Shown piece by piece: positions 52,854-64,000 of a stretch of DNA of 64,000 nucleotides. The stretch is from contig CM120646.1 in the NCBI GenBank assembly GCA_051362555.1, forward strand, positions 23,746,001 to 23,810,000. The letters are read 5' to 3'. The notes beneath the pieces are model-generated. The model was given only the letters and a program-made list of their open reading frames with translations. It was not told the DNA's origin and did no database searches. Source of the stretch: Lingula anatina (Eukaryota > Animalia > Brachiopoda). Position numbers and translations under genes: made by a program. Numbering within the stretch: the stretch's first letter is position 1; each line of letters starts with the position of its first letter.

Positions 52854-52971
52854 CTAGAAGGCTAGCTTCTTCATCAGTAGATACACATGTTGGTCTACCT
52901 CAAAGCCATGGAGGTTGTTAGCGTCACCTTGGAGGCGCATTAGGAGACCAGCGAAGGACACGTAAGCTGCC
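52854..52971 (-). CDS. POLR2H: RNA polymerase I/II/III shared subunit RPB8, last coding exon
   Basis: Acceptor TTTTCTCTCTCGTTACAG| then [38 protein letters not shown], matching the RPB8 C-terminus. Upstream exons not found in the window. Confidence 0.93.
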
Positions 52972-53384
52972 CTGTAACGAGAGAGAAAACAGTGTGGTCA
53001 ATGAAAAGTGCAAAAGGTAAGGGGTAAGAAATACTCATGAATAATAACGTCTGGGTTATGGTGCACCATCTTGCTCAGCAGGTAAAAAAGAAGGGCTGAA
53101 ACAAAATTTTTTCTTCTCATGACAAATGCCAAGAATAACACACAGTCAAGCTCTTCATACATATTTTATGTAATGTACAGCACTTGTCACTGTTTTGTAT
53201 ATGGCCATTTTCATCATCAATCACAGACAGCACTCCAGATACTCCCAGCTGGAACCTCAAAGTTTTCTGTAATATTTATATCTTAAAATGTGCTCCTTTT
53301 GTGGGTTAATTATCTCTTCAAGTGAATCAAGTTGCAGAAAGTTCCCAAAACTTTGAATCTCTGGCAGCCATGTTGATCCACTCT

Positions 53385-53442
53385 AAGGTAGTGTAGTCAG
53401 CGGTTGACTGGATTTACTCAACCAGCTAACCACACTGCCACA
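53385..53442 (-). ncRNA. mir-34: pre-miR-34
   Basis: Mature TGGCAGTGTGGTTAGCTGGTTG (53440-53419) pairs with CAACCGCTGACTACACTACCT. Confidence 0.95.
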
Positions 53443-53623
53443 GAGGAGAGCAGGTTCTTGGTTGAGAGAGACGGCGCTTCAGCAAGCCTTGAGAACCAGT
53501 TTCATGCAGCAAAATGTGTTTTATTTTCAGGTTAAATTCTAAATAAGCCAAGCGCCATAATCAGTAGATTGCATCTTCTTCTCAATCTGAGAGTGCATGT
53601 TATATCCATCTTTTTCTTTTTGG

Positions 53624-53834
53624 TGCTGTATATATCCAGGACCAGTCATATACCAGATAATGCATTAACACTATTGCAACAGTTTCCAAGGTAACCTCTG
53701 CTGTATATATCCAGGACCAGTCATATACCAGATAATGCATTAACACTATAGCAACAGTTTCCAAGGTAACCTCTGCTGTATGTATCCAGGACCAGTCATA
53801 TACCAGATAATGCATTTACACCATAGCAACAGTC
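53624..53834. repeat. 75-bp tandem repeat (3 units) containing the miR-277 3p arm
   Basis: ACCAGTCATATACCAGATAATGCATT at 53641, 53716 and 53791. Confidence 0.95.
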
Positions 53835-53862
53835 ACATGTAGGATGCACTACTGGTATATTC
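53795..53862 (-). ncRNA. mir-277: pre-miR-277
   Basis: Mature TAAATGCATTATCTGGTATATG (53818-53797) pairs with 5p arm ATATACCAGTAGTGCATCCTACA. Confidence 0.93.
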
Positions 53863-54384
53863 TGGGCATGGATAATGTTAGACTGCTGGTAAAACATTGC
53901 CAAACATAGTTAACTAAATATACTGTATCATATTTGATAATATCCACCAGGTTTATATTGTCTGAAATTCTAATATTCATGACTTAAACTGCCACTGCTT
54001 ACAATCACTCAAATAGCAACAAATAAGCAATCTAATATGGATGAAGTTTTGCTGAATTTACATTGTATGGAAATTATTTCTAACCAAACACAAAGTTGGC
54101 ACATAATTATCAGGTAAGCTACTTTAGTTACTTATTAAAACACCCATACTTGATAAGGAAAAGATTAAACAGCGGGGAAAAAAACAATTCAAAGATTATC
54201 TTAATGTTCATGGTCTGTCCTAAAGCACAATTAAATCAAGGTAGACCAAAAAAATAAAACAGACTTTCTTAAACCTTATAAACACTTAATTATATTACAC
54301 ATTAAAACTTTTCTCCCAGCATGCACAGTCATCATGGCTGCCAATGGAGCCTGGTTTCTCCTAAAGTTGCAAGTCATCATGGAG

Positions 54385-54450
54385 ATAGAGATACCACCAG
54401 CTGTGTTCACAGGGATTGTCATAAAACTGCGAACACACAGTGATACCTTC
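54385..54450 (-). ncRNA. mir-317: pre-miR-317
   Basis: Mature TGAACACAGCTGGTGGTATCTCT (54409-54387) pairs with 5p arm AAGGTATCACTGTGTGTTCGCAG. Confidence 0.95.
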
Positions 54451-57400
54451 ATCTTCATGAGAATAAACTGTCCTCCATTCCTCGAGCCAAATGTATGGAT
54501 AAACTAGGGCTCGTAATATTTACCTCTTATTATGCTTTCATCTGAACTTCTTTCTTCAAAACAAGTCAGATAGGTTGGCAAGCAGCCAGCAAGTGTATTC
54601 AGTATCTTTGTACCACCCTGCTCCATTATGATTATCTCTCCTTTAAATTTCTTTTACCAAGAAATTGCTTTGAATAGCAATCACAAGAAAATTCAGCCTT
54701 TTTCAAGTTTTTCTTTGAAAAATTGGGAATCCCAACTATATCCAATGGCTTTAACTTCCGTTCTAAAAACTATTTCAGTTTAAGTTTAGTTTCACAGTAT
54801 TATGGGAATAATTTACCTGGCCCTAATATGGAATTTCGATAAATAACTTTTGCTTTCTTCCTCACATTTCTCAATATTTAAATGATCAGTTTCCTTGTGT
54901 ATATATAGGAGAAACCAGGAAGCTGATAGTTCCTGGTCAGTTGCTATCTTGTAAAGTGACCTCTTAATTTAAAGGCACTTAATCTGTCTTTCTTATTCAA
55001 GAAAATTTAAACAAATCTGAATGTGCAGCACAAACTTCCTCTTTGTGCTTTCCGTATTCAATAAATATCTGATAAAAGAAGCACTTATTCTTCCCACGTC
55101 TAATTCTTTACAAGTATATTGTCCAATTTGTTGAATGTTTTCAAATTCCTGTAACCACAGGCAGGTTATTATTGATACAACAATGTAAATCTTAACCAAT
55201 CTTACTAACTCCGAGTCCAATAGGCTTGTAAGGACCTGTTTAGAACCAGCTGATTTGTAGCCCATGGATAAAATATGGCGCAACCCAATTAAAAGCATGC
55301 CGAGATTTACTTGTTCTGCCCCTGCAGGAATGGCATGTGGGAGCAGGGATCCAATATCAAGTACGGCCCATATTTGATCCAAGGACTAGTTAGTCCACGG
55401 ATCAAATGGTTCTGATCAAATGGTTCCTAAAACAACCAATCTTATTAACTCTAACAGGCTTTTGCCTAGCTGTGAAATAATATTACAGTACCACCAAAAT
55501 ACATGTCCAAACCCGTCCCCTTTACCAAAGGAAGAAAAAAAAACTAAAATAAACCTTACATCAGTAAATTTGTAAATAATTACACAGCACTTATCTCAAA
55601 GAGCTTAACTAGCATCCAATCTGCAATGATATCCCTATTCTGTATGTCATGAATTATTTACCTGGTCTCATAGCTTGGTGATTACAACACACCCCTTAAT
55701 CAAACATAACACCTCAAAACACACCTGACGCTGACATACCTGAAAATACTGGACACAATGGCAATAGAACACACACAGTGATAACTCAGTTTTCTGGGAT
55801 ATGAACAACAAAGTTTACCTGTGCTGTAGAAAATGACAGAAACAGTCGAAAAGTCAACAGCCGTTACTCAATGATTTGATCTGATGAATTACTGGACAAA
55901 TGACTCAATCACAAATGATATCAATTAAAACCAGTGATTCAACAACAACAGTGGTATTTCTAGCCTAATCAATACTGTATTTGAATCATGTGATACCAGT
56001 ACCTTCCCCCAGGGTCTCAGTCTGAACCCAAGTAAACCACCACACACTGGTCACAGACACACTTGTTGAATGTAACTTCTCCGATCAGAGTCCTGCCCAC
56101 AGACATCATATCACCAGGTTATATCACCAGTCATTGTCCTCAGATATCACAGCTGATAGCCGACATTTTTATATCCAATAAAATACTTGGTATCTCACCT
56201 TCCTGATCGGTCACATGACTGGACTCGTGTCAACAGAAAACATGTTGTATATAGATGATATTCTCCTCGACCTCTCCCCCCTCCTACTCTCCACCCCCCA
56301 CCCATCTTCTCTTTAACAATGATGTTTCAAGTTTCTGACTATTATTTTTCTTGGAGCTATAATATAATCATATTCATGTATTTATATATATATATATATG
56401 CATGTGTGGGGTACGCAATGCATGTCAGATTATATTATCTATATTTGTACATGCACGCATGCGCACGTACAAGCTCACACCAAAATATTTTCTGCCCTGT
56501 TTTTGTGAAAGCTTTTACATCTCAGTTAAAACTAGGTTTCCTGTCATCCTCCCCCCCCCCCCCCTTTCTCTGCCCCAGGTCTCCCCACTGCTGTGCTGTG
56601 TTGATCTAGTTGTAACTATTACCCAGATTAGATCAACACATTATCAATCCATAGAGACTGGGTCAGAGATCAAACGATAACGCTGAAATGAAAGGCGGTG
56701 CTGGTCGCCATGGGGTCGCCACATGACTGGCACCTTGGCGTCAATGTTTGTTTGTTTTTACAGCATTCCACTCTTAACTTGTATCAAACATAAGCCAAGG
56801 CCTTGAGATTTTTTTTATTTTTAAATATACACCTTTTGAACAACCTCATGCAAGCTGATTGTTAAATCAACGTGTGATAGCTCGTCTTTCAACGTTCCGC
56901 CTCTTAATATCGCGTGCTGTATCACTGCATTGTTTCTCTTGGCAAAATTTAATCATTTTCCATGCGCACTTTTCATGCTAAAACTCCTACAATTTTCTCA
57001 TCTTTTCATACAAACACTGTGGCATGATAGAAATGTCTTGCCTGTACCTGTCTTTATAATCTCTACTTACCACTTTCTGTTTCCACTAAACCACTTCTCC
57101 CACTCCTGCTATTCTTCACCCTCCCACACACACAGACCTCCATTGTGGATAAATTTTTAAGAAGCAAACAGTGGAAGCCACAAAAACGTCTTTCTAGCTA
57201 TGTTTTTACTGAATAAACAGTCAGAAAAGAACTTAATTCAAGGCTGCTGACCAAAATTATAAAAACTAGCCCCACGCAATACTTTGAAAATTTTATCAGC
57301 ACTATGGCTTATTCATATATTAAATCATACAAAGTGAAGTTTGTTGTTCAATGTGCTAGCATGGGTATATTTGGAAAACTCCATTACATGTTACATAAAC

Positions 57401-59210
57401 AATTTACACGGGACTTCCATACTTTTGCTCAGTATTTATTATTTAAGTTCTGGAGATGCAGTTTCTCTTCAACTGTCTACATAAAAGTAGTTTCCATGGA
57501 AACTGCAATCAATCAGCTTTTGTTACCTGATTCCATCTTTACCCCCCCCCCCCCCCCCCCAATTCAAAGTGTTTATCTCCCTTTGATGTATCAACTGAGG
57601 TATTATTGGCAGATTAAGAACAAATGACACACATCACATGTTGACTTGATAAACAGTGACCTCTCAAATTAGATCAGGCAACAATGAAACAAACTGCTTT
57701 GCACTGTCTGTCCAATACCTTTTATAGCATGCGAAATATTTGTGACTGAGATGCTTTACCTTTAACTTTCTTTTAATTTTGAAAAAATGTTTACATTTAT
57801 CATTCTAAACTTTTCTACATAGAGCTTAAAAATGACACATGTACAAATCTATTTAAAAGTAAGAATTACTCGCTAAATGAACTTCCCTCAATTTGCTGTA
57901 GTTAAGAGCAACACACACCTTTTCCACAGAATTCTTTTTGAATAGAGGACACCTGCTGCCCCTACCCATCCCAATCTCTTAATACACACATCATCAATAA
58001 CAGCCTCTCCCAGCTCCCCACTTAGTACCAGCAATACTATGTCCATCAACCAAGAGCCATAAAATAACACTTTTGATTGTTTATTTGTCTACCATATCAC
58101 TCCCCTCAATTAAAAATAAAGGAAATGACACTATCAACAGTCCCTTTTATCTGCCCCAACACTTGTACTTCCTCTGTGAAATTAAACATTTAATAAAAGA
58201 GTTCAAATTGAATCTTTATATAGTTGATAGAGTGGGTCAGAAACTTTTCATCAGCAGCAGAAACAAAAACATTACACAAAGTGTCAATGAACCCTTCTGT
58301 CAACAGTGGCTTTAAAGTAGAAGTGAAACCAGAAATTGTTTTTTTGTTGTGTTTCTCTTCAGATTTTTTTCTCTAAGAGCGTTCTGTGTCAGACACAAAA
58401 TGGCTTTGACATCTTAAATCATCCTCCTTCCAATAAAAAGATATTAGCAAGAACAACAGCTTCAAACAAAGTCCCGTAATACCAGGAAAACAATCTGCTC
58501 TTTTGTGTTCACTGATAAAAAGATTTCAGTCTTTGTGAAGATCTCCCTGAGAGTAAATTGTATTTAGGACTGGAATTCTGAGTAAACAACAAATGATGTG
58601 ATGGAATGTTCTGCAGTTCACATTACACTGACACTCACTAAATGGAAAACTACTTTAAGGCCAAACAAACAACTCCATTGCTGATATTCTGGACATAATA
58701 ACAAGAGAAGTCATTTTCTAATTGATTAAAGACAATGTTCATTCTCTCCCATTTTTTGGCTGACTCACTGATATCTCTAGCTTAAGTTTCTTCATTTCTG
58801 CACAGCATTAATCATTAAAAATAAACATTTGGCTCAAGGCATTTCTTTGTGTGCACCTGATTCTAACATCAAAGTTGGTTCACCTATTTGTACCAATCAC
58901 AATTCCAGATGCTTTGTGGCTATGGAGTGGCTATAGAGGAGATACTAGTACATGTAGCCGAACCGAACCTGGGCAAAAATCCTGGCAAATAATAATATAT
59001 AACATGTCACAAATCAACAGGGCTGAAATTACACTGGGTACATGGCAATGATGCCCTGTTAACAGTTCAAAAGGAGCAGGACTGCTGCTGAACTTAGTCT
59101 ACTACCTGTAACCTAAGATCTAATAAACAGATATATTAGATCTTAGCTGTAACTTAGCCAACTATTAGCCTCTCTACTGCATTATATCGCTTCTGATGCA
59201 TTTTTGTACA

Positions 59211-59262
<52 letters not shown>

Positions 59263-62200
59263 GGTGGTGGGGGGGGGGGGGGGGGGGAAGGTGATAGTGG
59301 AAATTAAGTGGCCCCCATAACTCACTCACACATGGTTTGACATTGGTACACATGTACTTTTTATGAACCTTCCCCACTCCCTCTTTTCCTCTGTCATAAT
59401 ACTTTCAGCAGCACAAAACATTCTTCCTCAAATTCTTTGTATTTTGATTTGAAGATTGACACAGGGATCTTCCAAGAAGTGCTCTGCCTCCCTGGGGGTG
59501 ACATATTCATTGATAAGAATACATGTCCATGTGATATTCCGTACCTCGACTATCTACAGCACGATAGCCTGCCGATAGACTGCCGCCTTCTTACTCTGGT
59601 CTGTGTGCACCGAACATGGAATGGCAGGAATGATCAATACTGCTGAAGTATGTATTTTATGACACATTGTGAAGTGGTATAAGCTGAATATATAAATAAA
59701 AACAAGAACTGCTAGTGCACGTGTGTCTGTCTGTAAACAAGAAGCGTAAATGAAAGCGAACACTCTCACACCTGCACGTGTGACGACACGCCTCCACAGA
59801 CAGATATGATGGATGAGTAATATCATCATCCAGTACACTTTCCATTTTGAAAAAAAAAAAAAAAAAAAAATGTACAAAAATTGATACAGCTGATCATCTG
59901 GTGTATAATCAGCCCTAATGGAGTTGTCATCCTGTACATCAGGAGAGTGACCAGAGTCAATAACACCTTTTTTTTTTCTTTTGCAAGTCTGTGAACCCAA
60001 GCAGCACTGACTCACTTAATGGTATATATATATTCATCCTTTCATCTCTCCATCTCTTACTCATAGCCAACAAAACCACAATGATTCAGAAACCGTCCGC
60101 CGTGCCGTCCGTCTGGTGTCATCTTGGGAGATACTGTAAAACTAATCTCTCTTTAACTTCATGAATGCAGGATTGCTCAACTCTTCCTCTCTCTTTCTCT
60201 GATTATTGATTATAACAGCAATAACCCCATCAAATATACAGCCCGATTTGTGAATCACCAGAAATGAGCCAGACGAGTGTCAAGACGACATACTTAGTTC
60301 TGAATCACGGTCTCAGTCCACAGATGGTCAGTCATCACAACCAGTTTTCAACTCATCTTTCAGTCACTAAGGATTCATAAAACCTTAGCAAAGAGCCAAA
60401 AGACATGACTTGTAGTTCAGGAAGGTCAGTTAAATACATGATCAATATACTTCATGGTTCAAAGTACTACTAAATCCTCAAATCCAACATTTTCAGTATC
60501 CTGAAACCCTTCCTTCCTAATCTTCATCTCTCTCTCTCTTCATCACCCCCTCTCTCTCCCTCCCTCTCTCTCCCCCCCCCCCCCCCCTGTAAAGTAAACA
60601 GTGAACTGTCACATTAAAGAGTGTCCTATCCATTATCCCAATTTAACTGGTATCAGTTATATCAATTACCACAGGTGCTTGGCAACCCCTCACTGTTCTG
60701 GGGTATGAGTCAACATGGAGATATTCCAGGAAATCAGAAACACTCTGGTTGATCTCTGGAAGCCACATAGCCCCCCCCCCCCCCCCCCCCCCACCTCCCC
60801 CCCCCCCCCCCCCACCTCTAGATTATAAATATACCTATTATCCTAACCATGGCCACAACCCTAGCATGCAAAACACCTGTCAAATACTTAAGATAATCTT
60901 CTGCCTAGAAATGTGAAACACATTGTATTTTATTTTAACATTCAATGATTTGCTGATTTATCATTTATTTTGATTATTTGGATAAAACCAAATACAAATC
61001 AAAAGCGATCATACACAGTTAGTAGATGATGATTATTAACCCAATCAAATTGTGTTTTATTTTTATTTTCATACCCTCAAAAATATCTAAAAGACTTCTT
61101 AAAGGGCCAGTGCTGGTTATCTACATCTTTTCAAAACAAAATAAATAAAAATCCACCCACCTTCCTAATGGGTAAACAATAAGAGAAGTTACCAAATATC
61201 TATCCTGGCCTACGCATCCAGGTGACGCCAGGCACGTGATTCACCCACGCACATTCTTCTTCAAGTCTTGTGCCTATTTGTCAACTATGGCTTCACTTAA
61301 CAGCTGACCTTCACAACTTAGAGAAGTGGTCTAAAGAAAGTTCAGGAAAACTCTTGGAAATGTGCGCTCTATTAATTGAGAGTTCTGCCAAGTTTTGGCT
61401 TGCTCTTGTTGCCAAAAATAAATAAATAAATACATTGAACTTAAAATACAGGTTGGTACCGTATGGGAGATATTTCTGGTACCTCTTTTGAAAACTGTTC
61501 CCTCTTATACTGCTGTGGGTGACAGAGTACACAGTTCTTTAATCAGTGAACTTGAATGACCAGGGAAGAAAAAATATCACAAAAACAAGAACTGATAACA
61601 CAGTTTGATAGTACAAGTATTTTCAGCTGAACTTGCTCAACTTGGAATTCTTCACGACCCAAAGATTCCCCTCAAATATTACACACGTACTGCTATTCAA
61701 ATAACTCTCCTAACATGATTAATAACATTGAAATGTGTTCATCCTGTATAAAATACCTGAGCCTATTTCTAAATACCAGTCTATATCCAATTAATGATGT
61801 CCAATGACTGGGAAGTCTAAAATAGCCACACAAGTACCTTGTACTCCTGCCACCATTATCTCTGTTTACATACAACATGGCATTCTAAAGATGTCCTTAG
61901 ACAATGGAGGCAAATAAACAAGGACAGCTCTATTTACTCTTATTTCCCTCTTTCTCATCAATTTCTCCGACTGCTTGATGGATGCATCACTGGGTAAAAC
62001 ACAAATCAGAGTATCCCCAGGTTTATTACCCCCACCCCACCCCCCATGTTGTTGTTGATTTAGGATGTTAAAATGACGACCTGGGAACGTAAAATAATAT
62101 TGATACATCTTTATTCTGAAACAGCTATTTTAGAATTTTTCTTTAAAGTAATTAGAGAAACCTTTAGCATATCCCACTGTGGAAGGTTTAACTTCCACGT

Positions 62201-63202
62201 AGAGAGTAGCACATATCCCTGTCTGTGTTACGTAAGGTAAGTCAAGCGTCACGTATTTCACGCACTGACACGGACCTTCTCCAGGTACCCCACTGTAACA
62301 ACCAACCCTGCCATTATCAAGTTGACAACTTTCCTGCTGTGCCAGTTTTTTATGGGTGAGGTAGTTACATAACAGCAGACAGCTTGATCATCTTCAATCT
62401 CATAGGGGTCATTAAGCTTTGTAAAAGCTGGAAAAGACTGAGAAGACTCTTGATGGAGGGTCTCCTCTCTCCACCTTGCTCTCTGGGCCCCCATCTTAGA
62501 TATCTCAGGACCAATTCCTTCATCAAATGACAATATTCTCACTTCCTGCCTGTTTATCCAACTGACCAGATGTAAACCGGTGTCAAATCAGCCGAACTGA
62601 TTATTTCCCTGTATTTACCTATATTTACCTGTAATTCCCTGTCCACCTGTCTTGTGATCACCTACATGATCTAATGTCACCATGACCCAGACTAGATTCC
62701 TATGAAAACAACCTTCTCCTATACCGCACATATCATCTAACCTCTCACATAAGAATGGAGAGAACATTTCTCTGCTTACAGTTCCTGTGTTATGTACAAA
62801 AATAATTGTGGCTAATCAATAGGTTTTGATGACATAAGCCCCATCTTCTCTGTTTTCATCAATGATCATGAGCGTGAACTCTCATTTCTCTTCACATCTC
62901 GCTGTCAGAGTGACAGGGTCTTCCACACCTTGGTGATGACATATCCTATTCTCCAACTTGATGACTTCATCACTGGTCATTAGGTGAATTCCAGGAAGAC
63001 AATTTACCCTCTTTATGACTTTCTTAATTGGTTAAAGAGAAACTGTCATATAATAAGGCTCAATACCCAGTACAGGATCCTGTTATTTATACTTTTTATT
63101 AAGTAAACAAACTCCAGCCCAATATTGATAAAGAACTTGCTGCTTTTTATCAACAATGAAATCATTAAATAACTGCCACCATCACACAACAGAAAGAGAA
63201 AC

Positions 63203-63370
63203 ATATTATATTATATTATATTATATTATATTATATTATATTATATTATATTATATTATATTATATTATATAATATAATATATTATATTATATTATATTA
63301 TATTGATATTATATTATATTATATTATATTATATTATATTGATATTATATTATATTATATTATATTATGT
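63203..63370. repeat. (ATATT)n microsatellite
   Basis: About 30 pentamer units with few variants. Confidence 0.95.
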
Positions 63371-64000
63371 TAATATATATTTTCATTGATACAAGTCAGT
63401 CAAGTGATCAAGTCCATTGATTGACAAAAAGACCTATTAGGTCCATTTGTAAACTATTTTCTTTTATTTAGTTTCTGCACAACTCAACAGAGGTTAACAA
63501 ACACAAGAACATTTAATTTATTAAAGACACCAAAAAGTGTTTCCCACCCCACCCCCCCCCCCAAAAAAAAAAAAAAAAATTACAACAAACAGTTAGTTTA
63601 ATCTTAGTCTTCACACACTGTTATTCTGGTATCTTATTATATTATAATAATATTCAGGTACCATCTCTCCTCTCTCCCCTTTAAACCATCGCTATGTTCT
63701 ACCTGTGTTGATAGGTAATATGTTCCTCCTGCCAGTCAACAGAACGTCTCTATTCCGCCTGTCCTCTCCTTGGCCCTCTTCAAAATACCAACACTAATGG
63801 ATAATCACTTATAATCTGCGGCCACCACTGCTTCAGCTATAATTTCATTCTACAAAACAAGCACATCCTTTCTCAGGGCCTCATACACACCAAGATGGCC
63901 CTGTTTATGGATGGTCAATCCCTGTCAGCTATGTCAGGGTGAAGGTGATAATGCTCAGCAGGGGCAGGTATTATGTCACGTCACCCCATGTGACCTCTCT

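Noticed and set aside
53600-53815. 71-aa repetitive ORF (MHYLVYDWSW...)
   Set aside because: Translation of the 75-bp repeat overlapping miR-277; no coding support.
59118-59151. 13-bp perfect hairpin CTAAGATCTAATA / TATTAGATCTTAG as a fourth miRNA
   Set aside because: Stem too short and AT-rich, with no recognisable mature sequence.

Overview
AT-rich eukaryotic DNA from a protostome animal, probably a lophotrochozoan or mollusc (inferred from the miR-317/277 sequences and repeat style). 1-27 kb is a transposon graveyard whose nesting can be reconstructed from TIRs and TSDs. It includes an almost full-length RTE-X-like LINE whose ORF1 starts with an RNase H1-type hybrid-binding (Cauli_VI) domain, followed by a PHD finger, TQT repeats, a coiled coil and an SGNH-like domain. 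27-42 kb holds a 4-exon caspase gene with N-terminal transmembrane segments and a DACLG active-site pentapeptide. It lies between two piggyBac-like elements and is followed by a truncated paralog that keeps only the membrane region open. 44.4-51.1 kb is a complete 13-exon COG8 gene with tandemly amplified splice junctions. Convergent with it is the last exon of POLR2H/RPB8, whose long intron carries the miR-317/miR-277/miR-34 cluster, with the mature miR-277 arm locally triplicated. All calls were made by eye; no searches were run.
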